A DNA stretch of 64,000 bases from a virus, in IMG/VR virus record IMGVR_UViG_3300030012_002710, positions 3,718-67,717 of that record. One strand, given 5' to 3'. A program made the translations under genes and the position numbers. The notes below the pieces were generated by a model. It did not search any database, was not told where the DNA came from, and saw nothing but the letters and a program-made list of their open reading frames with translations. Below, piece by piece: positions 1 to 7,995 of this stretch. Positions within the stretch are counted from its first letter, which is position 1. Every line of letters starts with the position of its first letter.

Positions 1-26
1 AAATGGTATAACTATAAAGGATTAAC

Positions 27-314
27 ATGGATAAGAATAACGAATTAGAAATAAAACAAAAGCTTAACAATGATGCATTTGATAAAGCTCAATCGCAAAT
101 GTATAATCTTAAACAAGATATTGTAAGACAAAAAGAAGAAATAAGAATAGGTGGAGATGGTACTATTCCAGTAGAACTATTAAAAACCTGCTTACAGTCA
201 AGTGAAAAGCAATTGGCTATATGGGAATATATCAATGAACTTATATGGCATGATATGGACCATGAACTACCAACACAGAAAACTTGGCATAAATTACAAA
301 CTAAATACGATTAA
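27..314 (+). CDS. hypothetical early protein
   Basis: 95-aa ORF with A-rich upstream region, co-oriented with the early block. Confidence 0.7.
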   Translation: MDKNNELEIKQKLNNDAFDKAQSQMYNLKQDIVRQKEEIRIGGDGTIPVELLKTCLQSSEKQLAIWEYINELIWHDMDHELPTQKTWHKLQTKYD

Positions 315-328
315 CTTACGATAATATA
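296..328 (+). promoter_or_regulatory. putative early promoter motif A (ACAAA[C/T]TAAATAC-N10-GATAATATA), copy 1
   Basis: Same motif and spacing at 296, 5976 and 63785, each just upstream of + strand genes or RNAs. Confidence 0.7.
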
Positions 329-349
329 TATACATATTATTATTATTTA

Positions 350-467
350 GGAAGTGTCTGGAAGACTGTAAGTCAGAAAGATGATATAAACAGATAGAGT
401 AAGACGCTTATGCCCTCTTAATGCGGAAGCTATAAGCGCGTACATTCCAGTTTCATCCACTTCCACC
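350..467 (+). ncRNA. candidate structured non-coding RNA
   Basis: Nested pairings: GGAAGTG(350-356)/CACTTCC(458-464), CTGGAA(358-363)/TTCCAG(445-450), TGTA(367-370)/TACA(441-444), CGCTTAT(405-411)/ATAAGCG(432-438). Lies between promoter motif A and the tRNA. Confidence 0.55.
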
Positions 468-473
468 TTATAT

Positions 474-547
474 TGCGCGGTAGAGCAGATGGTCAGCTCG
501 CGAGTCTCATAAACTCGAGGTCGGTGGTTCGAATCCACCTCGCGCAC
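474..547 (+). tRNA. tRNA-Met (anticodon CAT at 508-510), atypical initiator-like; CCA not encoded
   Basis: Full cloverleaf: acceptor TGCGCGG/TCGCGCA, D stem GAGC/GCTC, anticodon stem CGAGT/ACTCG with loop CTCATAA, T arm GGTGG-TTCGAAT-CCACC. Confidence 0.92.
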
Positions 548-566
548 CTAACTTTAAATTAAATAA

Positions 567-902
567 ATGGATTATATAAATAAATTAGAAAAATATCTAG
601 GCGATAAATATGATTGCTTAGTTAAAATCGGTGAAAATATAAATAACCCCGATTTAGAATTATCTGAGTGGTATACTGCTGATGATTATACAGTATATGT
701 TATGACAAATGATGCTAGAAACATTGATTGGGAAAATGATGTATACTATTATGAACCAAGTTTTGATATTATTATAGATAGAATACATGAAACAGTTGAT
801 GATATGGGTTTTGGTGGTGAAGTTAAAATATATATGGACACTGAACAGTTTTTACCTGAACAGGATACACTTGATTGGTTAGAAGATAAAGATGGCAACT
901 AG
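567..902 (+). CDS. acidic hypothetical protein
   Basis: 111-aa D/E-rich ORF; overlaps next gene. Confidence 0.75.
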   Translation: MDYINKLEKYLGDKYDCLVKIGENINNPDLELSEWYTADDYTVYVMTNDARNIDWENDVYYYEPSFDIIIDRIHETVDDMGFGGEVKIYMDTEQFLPEQDTLDWLEDKDGN

Positions 903-1383
903 AGCACTAATAAGAGTTATACCCAGACAACAAGGTATTGCGTATGACAAAGGGCATATGTATGTAGAAGAGTCTTTAGTAAATATATATCATCATTATG
1001 ATGGTAATCCTGAGCATTTAGGTGTTAAACTAGCTAAATTTTTATTACCTTATAAAATTACAAATGGTGTTTCTAACTTGAATGTTAAAGATTTTACACA
1101 TTTAGCTAATGGCCCAGAATGTTTAGCAGCACAATTAGTTAAACAATTAAAAACTGGTGACATTTGTGACACGGTTGTTGGTAATGTATATTTATATCCA
1201 AGAAACTCTTATAAATATGATGCGGAATATATATATACTTTATATCCTAAAACAGACGAACCTACATACGTAGCTATTTATAAAAACTTTGATGATGAAG
1301 TTATATTTGTAGGTACACCAGATAAATTAATTAAAAAGTATGACAGACAAAGAGATAAACAAATTAGCAGCACGAGTAGCTGA
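892..1383 (+). CDS. conserved phage hypothetical protein (MATR...IYxHYDG.PE motif)
   Basis: 163-aa ORF; the N-terminal TR and HYDG motifs are familiar from phage hypotheticals. Confidence 0.8.
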   Translation: MATRALIRVIPRQQGIAYDKGHMYVEESLVNIYHHYDGNPEHLGVKLAKFLLPYKITNGVSNLNVKDFTHLANGPECLAAQLVKQLKTGDICDTVVGNVYLYPRNSYKYDAEYIYTLYPKTDEPTYVAIYKNFDDEVIFVGTPDKLIKKYDRQRDKQISSTSS

Positions 1384-1585
1384 TCTTGTACTTAAAAAGT
1401 TTGTAGATTATTATGATAATCATGAGTCTTTAGAAGTGTTTAAACCTACTGAAGAAGATGTATTAGATTTTGAAATACAAAGACTTAGCCAGCTATTGTA
1501 CCAATATGAAGAAAAAGAAGAGTATGAAAAAGCTGCAATTGTTAAGAAAAAACTAGAAATATTAAATAAAAGACGTAAAAAATGA
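1340..1585 (+). CDS. UVR (UvrB/C) motif protein
   Basis: C-terminal EEKEEYEKAAIVKKKL matches the UVR coiled-coil motif. Confidence 0.7.
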   Translation: MTDKEINKLAARVADLVLKKFVDYYDNHESLEVFKPTEEDVLDFEIQRLSQLLYQYEEKEEYEKAAIVKKKLEILNKRRKK

Positions 1586-2439
1586 GTGATTTTAATGTAA
1601 TGCTAGCACACCCATACGGCAAAAAAGCGTTTGACAAAGACTCTTTTATTCAGCCAAAACTAGATGGTGTTAGATGCTATATAACCAAAGACGGCGCATT
1701 CAGCCGCAACCACAAAGAGTTTAAAACTGTAGATCACATTAAAGATCTGTTTAAACCTCTATTTGAATTGGCACCCGATATAATACTTGACGGTGAACTC
1801 TACAACCACCAATTTAAAGACAACTTCAATAAAATTATATCCCTTGTGAGAAAACAAAAGCTAACTGATGAAGATAGAGCTGAAGCTAAAAAGTATATAC
1901 AGTTTCATTGGTATGATTTTTACAATCCAAGTGATAAATTTGCAACATACAGAAGAAGACATCAGCTTATTAAACTAAACGTAACAGAGCTGCAATCCAT
2001 ATTTCATAAAATATTAAAATTTCCAATCGTACCAGTTGAAGCATACGAAGTATCCTTACTTGATTCAGCTAAATTATGGCATGATCACTATATTAAAGCT
2101 GGTTATGAAGGTAGTATAATTAGAAACAATAAACCTTATGAACAAAAAAGAAGTTACAACTTACAAAAATTCAAAGATTTCCATGACACAGAAGCGACAA
2201 TTGTTGGCTATGTTGAAGGCAAAGGTAAAAGAAGCGGAACAATTGGCAAGTTCTTGGCTGTTGATAGTAGTGGCATCCATTTCGGCATGCCTGTTATGGA
2301 AGATTATGACACTATGGCAATGATGCTTGTTAATGTCAAAGATTATATTGGCAAAAAAGCTACATTTACATACTTTCAAAAGACGCCTAGAGGATCATAT
2401 AGACATCCTCTATTTAAATCTCTTAGAAATTATGAATAA
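1582..2439 (+). CDS. ATP-dependent DNA ligase
   Basis: QPKLDGVR (motif I, KxDG), ILDGELY, GYEGSIIR, KFK, and a C-terminal OB-fold ending RHPLF. Confidence 0.95.
   Translation: MSDFNVMLAHPYGKKAFDKDSFIQPKLDGVRCYITKDGAFSRNHKEFKTVDHIKDLFKPLFELAPDIILDGELYNHQFKDNFNKIISLVRKQKLTDEDRAEAKKYIQFHWYDFYNPSDKFATYRRRHQLIKLNVTELQSIFHKILKFPIVPVEAYEVSLLDSAKLWHDHYIKAGYEGSIIRNNKPYEQKRSYNLQKFKDFHDTEATIVGYVEGKGKRSGTIGKFLAVDSSGIHFGMPVMEDYDTMAMMLVNVKDYIGKKATFTYFQKTPRGSYRHPLFKSLRNYE
2138..2323 (+). CDS. candidate +1-frame overprinted membrane peptide inside ligase
   Basis: 61-aa ORF with hydrophobic WLLIVVASISACLLW; local shift to C-ending codons in ligase. Confidence 0.35.
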   Translation: MNKKEVTTYKNSKISMTQKRQLLAMLKAKVKEAEQLASSWLLIVVASISACLLWKIMTLWQ

Positions 2440-2698
2440 TCTATCAGATTTAATCGTACCTTTTATGATAGCAATAACTATGGGCTTTAGCGGTTATGCT
2501 GTGGCCCTTATTGCTGATTATATTAGAAAAATAATTATAATACCTTTAATATGTATGTTTGTATTCGATGCAGCTGTATTATTTGGTTATTATTCAATAG
2601 AAACATCCAAGTTACAAATGATGATGGGTGTTATGTTAGGAACGATACTTAAAATAGTATCATTTATATTATATCAAAAATATTTAAGCAATGAGTAG
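2432..2698 (+). CDS. small multi-pass membrane protein
   Basis: ATG at 2432 (MNNLSDLIVPF) overlaps the ligase end; about 3 hydrophobic segments. Confidence 0.7.
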   Translation: MNNLSDLIVPFMIAITMGFSGYAVALIADYIRKIIIIPLICMFVFDAAVLFGYYSIETSKLQMMMGVMLGTILKIVSFILYQKYLSNE

Positions 2699-2798
2699 AA
2701 AATTATTTAATCATATGATAAGTGTTAATTTATTTAACATAAATAATAAACGTAAAAGAAAACAAAATGCTAATAAAAAACAGAAAAAACGGACATAG
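2691..2798 (+). CDS. small basic hypothetical protein (35 aa)
   Basis: Hand-translated MSRKLFNHMISVNLFNINNKRKRKQNANKKQKKRT*; fills the gap and overlaps both neighbours. Confidence 0.45.
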   Translation: MSRKLFNHMISVNLFNINNKRKRKQNANKKQKKRT

Positions 2799-2973
2799 AG
2801 ATTATTTATGGAACTCTATATATGAGTTACGTAAAGATATAACTAATTATGTTTTAAAATGTAAAGCTAAAAATAAACGTATAAAACTACATAAATTAGA
2901 TCACAAAGCAGAATTGATTATAAAGTACTCTGAGAAACTTAAAAAGTTTCAAGAGACACCTACCTTAAGATGA
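2767..2973 (+). CDS. basic hypothetical protein
   Basis: 68-aa ORF in operon context. Confidence 0.6.
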   Translation: MLIKNRKNGHRDYLWNSIYELRKDITNYVLKCKAKNKRIKLHKLDHKAELIIKYSEKLKKFQETPTLR

Positions 2974-3014
2974 CAATAGGTAGTAATATTTAATAGAGTA
3001 ATAGGCTAATGTCA
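2971..3014. promoter_or_regulatory. 44-bp inverted-repeat element (TGACAnTAGGTAGT...GCTAnTGTCA), copy 1
   Basis: Same length and near-identical arms as 63417-63460; overlaps the start codon of the HTH gene. Confidence 0.65.
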
Positions 3015-3617
3015 TACAGGAAAATAGATTATTTAAATAGGAATAGAATTATATACAATAGAGATCCTATAAATGATAAGCCAACAAAAACATTTACCTG
3101 GGGTAAATTTTATGAATACGGAACATACGAGTGCTATGAGTTGTTTAAAAGTAAAGCAAAGATTAATAGTTTTAAATCACTTAAATGGCACTTGTTAGTT
3201 CTAAAATATTTAAACCCAGAGCTTGAAGATAAAGATTTTAATAATCTTGCATATTATATAACAAATAAAAAAAATAATTTTATTACTTTTAATATAAAAC
3301 AAAAGTATTTAATTGACATGTTGGATAACTTAGAAATAGATAGACCTCCAGTTAATAGAAAACGAAAGGTAGTGTTTAATCAACAAACAAAGTTAACAAC
3401 AAAAGAAAAATTACAAATAGTAGGCCAATTAATAGGTAGATCTTCAGTTATAAAACAAGAAGATATTTATCAATGCATGTTAAATTTACATGAGTCAAAT
3501 GAAAAAATAACATGGATTAGAGTTGCAAAACTATTAAACTGTTCTGTAAGAACTATTTATCGTAATTTAAATAAAGAATTAAAAATTGAAAAAATTAATT
3601 TAAATGAAGAAATATAA
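3009..3617 (+). CDS. DNA-binding protein with C-terminal HTH (possible replication initiator or regulator)
   Basis: ITWIRVAKLLNCSVRTIYRNL is a classic helix-turn-helix. Confidence 0.75.
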   Translation: MSYRKIDYLNRNRIIYNRDPINDKPTKTFTWGKFYEYGTYECYELFKSKAKINSFKSLKWHLLVLKYLNPELEDKDFNNLAYYITNKKNNFITFNIKQKYLIDMLDNLEIDRPPVNRKRKVVFNQQTKLTTKEKLQIVGQLIGRSSVIKQEDIYQCMLNLHESNEKITWIRVAKLLNCSVRTIYRNLNKELKIEKINLNEEI

Positions 3618-4356
3618 TATATCTAATTATATTAGATACAAAGAAGATGTAAAAGAATCTCAACCAGTATCAAGCAATGTTATTGAATATAGTAGAAATG
3701 ATTTAATAAATAAGTTTTTACCATTAGTAGAAAATATAGCTAGAAAATTTTCAACTTCACAACAAGCTTCAGGTATATTAGATATAACTGATCTAATACA
3801 AGAAGGATCAATAGGTCTTGTTAAAGCAGTTGATAAATTAGATTATTCAGTCTTATCTGAATCAAAAGATAAAGAAAAAACATTAAAGTCGTTTTTTTTC
3901 AAACGTGTTAAAGGTGCTATACGTAGAGCAATAGATCATAACAGAGGTAATATTAGAATACCTGAACATAAAATGAATGAAATACGTAAAAACCCAAAAG
4001 ACAAAAAAATGGTTGAAATGTTTTTTAATTCTATATTTTTAAGTATAGATAAAAAAACAATGACAGATGATGAAGATATGGTATACCAAATACCTGATCA
4101 ATCTGAACCATACAATATTAATATTCTAAATAGTTATTTAAAAAGTTTAATGAGAAAACATTTAGAAGAAAACGAATATGAAGTTTTAAGACTATCATAT
4201 GGCCTTGATTGTGATAAACATTCTGCTACTCAAATAGCAGATAAAATTAATATCAAAGGACCGAGTGGATATGTAAGAGTTTCTGAGCTTAAAAAGCAAG
4301 CTGTAAGAAAATTAATTGATAATGTAGATCACTCGCAAGTGCTTGATTATCTGTAA
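3604..4356 (+). CDS. phage sigma-70 family RNA polymerase sigma factor
   Basis: LPLVENIARKF, DLIQEGSIGLVKAVDK (region 2), IRIPEH, and a region-4 HTH (EVLRLSYGL...IAD). Confidence 0.92.
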   Translation: MKKYNISNYIRYKEDVKESQPVSSNVIEYSRNDLINKFLPLVENIARKFSTSQQASGILDITDLIQEGSIGLVKAVDKLDYSVLSESKDKEKTLKSFFFKRVKGAIRRAIDHNRGNIRIPEHKMNEIRKNPKDKKMVEMFFNSIFLSIDKKTMTDDEDMVYQIPDQSEPYNINILNSYLKSLMRKHLEENEYEVLRLSYGLDCDKHSATQIADKINIKGPSGYVRVSELKKQAVRKLIDNVDHSQVLDYL

Positions 4357-4365
4357 GATACAGAT

Positions 4366-4395
4366 GTAAATAGCAATTTTAATGTGTAATTATAT
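4366..4395 (+). promoter_or_regulatory. putative middle/late promoter motif B (GTAAA-N15-GTAATTATAT)
   Basis: Intergenic; same 20-bp offset between boxes as the copies at 26440, 50604 and 63360. Confidence 0.5.
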
Positions 4396-4417
4396 ATAAT
4401 ACAAACCCTTTAAACCT

Positions 4418-4933
4418 ATGACACTTAACGATAAGTTAGCAACTATTCAGACTAAGTTTAAATCGAAAAAAAGTAGATTTAATTCATTCGGCAAATATTA
4501 CTTCCGCTCTGCCGAAGACATTCTCGAAGCAACTAAACCCTTTTTATTAGAATTAGGAGTTACAATAACATTAAATGAAAATTTAATTAAAAGTAAACCT
4601 ATGCCTATTATTGAGAGTATAGCTACTATATCTGATGGTAAAAATTCAATTAAAGCAACAGCTTTAGTTGGTGTAGATCTTTTACAAAAAGGTATGCAAA
4701 CACCACAACAGTTTGGTTCTGCTTCAAGTTATGGGAAGAAATACGCACTTGGAAATTTATTTCTAATCGATGATACACAAGACAGTGATGCTGTAAATGA
4801 TCATAACAGAACTATGACACCAGATCAAATAACACAAGCTAAAAAGTTTTTAAAATCTGGCGGTAAACTAGCTGCTATTAAAGCAAAATATAACATAACA
4901 CCTAAATTAGAACAAGAACTTACAACATTGTAA
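4418..4933 (+). CDS. ERF-family single-strand annealing protein
   Basis: FGKYYFRSAEDILEA and QQFGSASSYGKKYALGNLFLIDD are ERF motifs. Confidence 0.88.
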   Translation: MTLNDKLATIQTKFKSKKSRFNSFGKYYFRSAEDILEATKPFLLELGVTITLNENLIKSKPMPIIESIATISDGKNSIKATALVGVDLLQKGMQTPQQFGSASSYGKKYALGNLFLIDDTQDSDAVNDHNRTMTPDQITQAKKFLKSGGKLAAIKAKYNITPKLEQELTTL

Positions 4934-5665
4934 ATGGATAAAGAAGATATTTTAAAAAGGTTAAAAAATGATAATGACTACTACGGTGACTTTGGTAAAA
5001 AGTTTCTTAGTAATTCAGATATTAAAACCTTATTAAAAAATCCTTTAGCACTTGGACAACCAAGTAAACCTTCAGCTGCATTTCTAGTTGGTGGATACTT
5101 ACATACTGCTATACTTGAACCAAATAAATTAAAAAAGTATAAAGTAATAGAATCTACCACTAGAAATACGAAGGCATATAAAGAGATTTCAGATGGCGAA
5201 TTATGCTTACTACAACACGAAGTTGATAAAATAGAATTAATGGTAGATACTATAATGCAAAATAATGTTTGCAAAGATCTCATTAAAAGTAAAAATGTAG
5301 AGTATGAAGTACCAGGTCTGAAAGAAATTGAAGGAGAGATGTGGAAAGGTAAAGCTGATATAATTAATCATGATGAAAGATTAATTGTTGATTTAAAAAC
5401 AACATCAGATATTGATAAATTTAAATATTCAGCAAACCAATATAACTATGACAGTCAAGCATTTATTTATAATCAACTATTTAATTATGAAATGCTATTT
5501 ATTGTTATTGATAAACAAACTCTTCAAATAAAAATTTGTGAATGCTCTGAAGAATTTTACGAAAAGGGTCAACGTAAAGTACAAGAGGCAGTATCACAAT
5601 ATCAATTATTTTTTAAATCAAAAGACTTTGACCCTAAACAATATTTTAAAACAGAAACTTTATAA
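4934..5665 (+). CDS. PD-(D/E)XK exonuclease (RecE/exonuclease VIII-like)
   Basis: LSNSDIK, G..LH..ILEP, KGKAD...IVDLKTT, YDSQAFIY; adjacent to ERF. Confidence 0.85.
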   Translation: MDKEDILKRLKNDNDYYGDFGKKFLSNSDIKTLLKNPLALGQPSKPSAAFLVGGYLHTAILEPNKLKKYKVIESTTRNTKAYKEISDGELCLLQHEVDKIELMVDTIMQNNVCKDLIKSKNVEYEVPGLKEIEGEMWKGKADIINHDERLIVDLKTTSDIDKFKYSANQYNYDSQAFIYNQLFNYEMLFIVIDKQTLQIKICECSEEFYEKGQRKVQEAVSQYQLFFKSKDFDPKQYFKTETL

Positions 5666-5976
5666 TGGCATCAATAATAAAAACAAGTATTAACCTAAAC
5701 AATATTCCTAAAGATAAGATTATTGTTGGAGCTAAAGGCAAATATTTACCTATTAGTTTAACTTTAAATGATGAAGTAGATCAATTTGGTAATAATGGAC
5801 CTGTTATTGTAGAACAAACAAAAGAAGAAAGAGAATCAAAAGTTGATAAAGTTTATTTAGGTAATGCAAAAGTTGTTTGGACTAACGGTATGAATGTTGA
5901 AGCGGCACCTAGAATGGATCAGCCAAAAGCTATGCCTAAAGCTGAACCAGCTCAAGAACCTGATTTACCATTTTAA
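5665..5976 (+). CDS. single-stranded DNA-binding protein (putative)
   Basis: C-terminal DLPF tail; sits in the recombination cluster. Confidence 0.7.
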   Translation: MASIIKTSINLNNIPKDKIIVGAKGKYLPISLTLNDEVDQFGNNGPVIVEQTKEERESKVDKVYLGNAKVVWTNGMNVEAAPRMDQPKAMPKAEPAQEPDLPF

Positions 5977-6008
5977 CAAACTAAATACAAACAGATTTAG
6001 ATAATATA
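5976..6008 (+). promoter_or_regulatory. putative early promoter motif A, copy 2
   Basis: ACAAACTAAATACAA-ACAGATTT-AGATAATATA immediately before primase-helicase. Confidence 0.65.
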
Positions 6009-6011
6009 TAT

Positions 6012-7721
6012 ATGCAAATAACAGAGATCAATGGATTTGTGATTGATAAATTTAATCAACATGGTCTAGAGCAAGGTAAGTCTCAAGGGACATGCCCTTT
6101 ATGCTCACACACTAGACAACCTAAAAATAAAAAGCTTAAATGTGCTTCTTATGATTGGGAACGTGGTCTCGGTACTTGTCACAACTGTAATAAAACATTT
6201 CAATTACATACTTACAAGCGTAAAGGAGACAGTGAAAAAAATTATATTCGTCCAGAATTCAAAAGTCAAAAACCTGTAGGTAGCAAAATAGTTAAATGGT
6301 TTAATGACAGAGGTATATCTCAGTCGACCCTTAATGATTTAAATGTATCTGAGGGTCCTGAGTTTATGCCACAGACAAGTAAGACTGAAAATACAATAAA
6401 GTTCAACTACATGATGGGTGGTGAACTTATAAATATAAAATATAGAGATGGTAGAAAAAACTTTAAATTATATAAAGGCGCAGAAAAAATATTTTATAAT
6501 ATTGATAGTATTATTGGTTATGATGAATGTTATATTGTGGAAGGAGAGATGGATGCTTTATCTTTTCATGAAGTGGGGATCACTAACGTTATATCAGTAC
6601 CTAATGGAGCTACTTTAAACTCTAATAATTTAGATTATTTAGATAACTGTATTGATTATTTTGAAAATAAAAATAAAATAATATTAGCAGTTGATAATGA
6701 TGAAGCAGGCCAAGCACTACAACAAGAATTAATTAGAAGACTAGGTGCAGAAGTTTGTTACATTATAGATTTTAAAGATTGTAAAGATGCTAATGAATAT
6801 TTAATTAAACATGGTAAAGAAGCTTTTTCAAATATTCTCAAACACGCCAAAGCAGTACCTCTTGAAAACGTTACCACTTTTAATGATATTGAAAGTGAAG
6901 TTACAGACTTTGTACAGCATGGTTTTAAACCAGGTTATCAAGCTGGTTTATCCAACTTTGACAAAATTTTTTCAACTTATACAGGACAATTTATTACTGT
7001 TACAGGTATACCTTCTTCTGGTAAGTCTGATTTTGTTGATCAGCTTGTTGTTGGTTATAACATAAATTATAAATGGAAAACAGCTTTTGCATCGCCTGAA
7101 AATGCACCAACCTATTTACATGCACATAAGTTGATGCGTAAAGTTTGGCAAGGTATGCCAACACCAGGTGATATAAATACTAATCAATGGAAAAAAGTAG
7201 CAGAGCATATTAATGATAATTTCTTTTTTATTGATATGGAAAGATATACCCTTGAGTCTGTATTACGTAAAGGTGCAGAGTTAGTTAAACGTAAAGGTAT
7301 TAAATGTCTTGTTATAGATCCTTTTAATAAAATTAGAGATGTAGATTGTAATACTGAAGATGTTAATAAGTATACAATGGAATATCTTACAAAAATAGAA
7401 GTGTTTGCAAAAAAGTTTGATGTGCTAGTTTTTATAGTTGCACATCCAACTAAAATGTATAAAGACAAAGACGGTAAAATTGAAGAACCAAATATGTATA
7501 ATATAAAAGGTGGTGGCGAATGGTATGATGCTTCTTACCATGGTATATTAGTACATAGAGACTACGAAGCTAAAACTGTTAAAGCTAAAGTTTTAAAAGT
7601 TAAGTTTCAAAACTTAGGTGAAAATGGAGCAGAAGCTTATTTTAAATGGGAACCTAAGTCAGGTTGTTTTATACCTCATTTAGATCAACAACAGATTAAT
7701 GATGTAATGCCTTGGGATTAA
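6012..7721 (+). CDS. primase-helicase (T7 gp4/Twinkle-like)
   Basis: Zn finger CPLC...CHNC, TOPRIM EGEMD and DND, Walker A GIPSSGKS, VIDP, VAHP. Confidence 0.95.
   Translation: MQITEINGFVIDKFNQHGLEQGKSQGTCPLCSHTRQPKNKKLKCASYDWERGLGTCHNCNKTFQLHTYKRKGDSEKNYIRPEFKSQKPVGSKIVKWFNDRGISQSTLNDLNVSEGPEFMPQTSKTENTIKFNYMMGGELINIKYRDGRKNFKLYKGAEKIFYNIDSIIGYDECYIVEGEMDALSFHEVGITNVISVPNGATLNSNNLDYLDNCIDYFENKNKIILAVDNDEAGQALQQELIRRLGAEVCYIIDFKDCKDANEYLIKHGKEAFSNILKHAKAVPLENVTTFNDIESEVTDFVQHGFKPGYQAGLSNFDKIFSTYTGQFITVTGIPSSGKSDFVDQLVVGYNINYKWKTAFASPENAPTYLHAHKLMRKVWQGMPTPGDINTNQWKKVAEHINDNFFFIDMERYTLESVLRKGAELVKRKGIKCLVIDPFNKIRDVDCNTEDVNKYTMEYLTKIEVFAKKFDVLVFIVAHPTKMYKDKDGKIEEPNMYNIKGGGEWYDASYHGILVHRDYEAKTVKAKVLKVKFQNLGENGAEAYFKWEPKSGCFIPHLDQQQINDVMPWD
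6811..7065 (+). CDS. candidate +1-frame overprinted membrane protein inside primase-helicase
   Basis: 84 stop-free codons; C-terminal hydrophobic helix; host codons shift to CTC/CTT/GTT/ATT. Confidence 0.4.
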   Translation: MVKKLFQIFSNTPKQYLLKTLPLLMILKVKLQTLYSMVLNQVIKLVYPTLTKFFQLIQDNLLLLQVYLLLVSLILLISLLLVIT

Positions 7722-7722
7722 T

Positions 7723-7995
7723 ATGGTATATAAAAAACGTAAAAAGAATTTATTACCTAGTTATATAGCTGATTCAGATGAAGCTGAATGGTACAAATAC
7801 TGTGTTAACAATGACATACGAATATGTACTATACCAGTTGAAGATGAAACAGGCAAATGGAAAATTGGTGTAAACATAGGGCCATATAAAAAAGGTGAAA
7901 CGCCTTATATATCGCCTCACGTATATGATAAAGACACTCTTTATCCTACTTATTATCAAATGTGTAAATATTATTATGATAAACGTAAAAAATAA
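7723..7995 (+). CDS. hypothetical protein
   Basis: 90-aa ORF starting just after the helicase stop. Confidence 0.75.
   Translation: MVYKKRKKNLLPSYIADSDEAEWYKYCVNNDIRICTIPVEDETGKWKIGVNIGPYKKGETPYISPHVYDKDTLYPTYYQMCKYYYDKRKK

Noticed and set aside
347-547. 66-aa minus-strand ORF
   Set aside because: Antisense shadow of the tRNA and candidate ncRNA.
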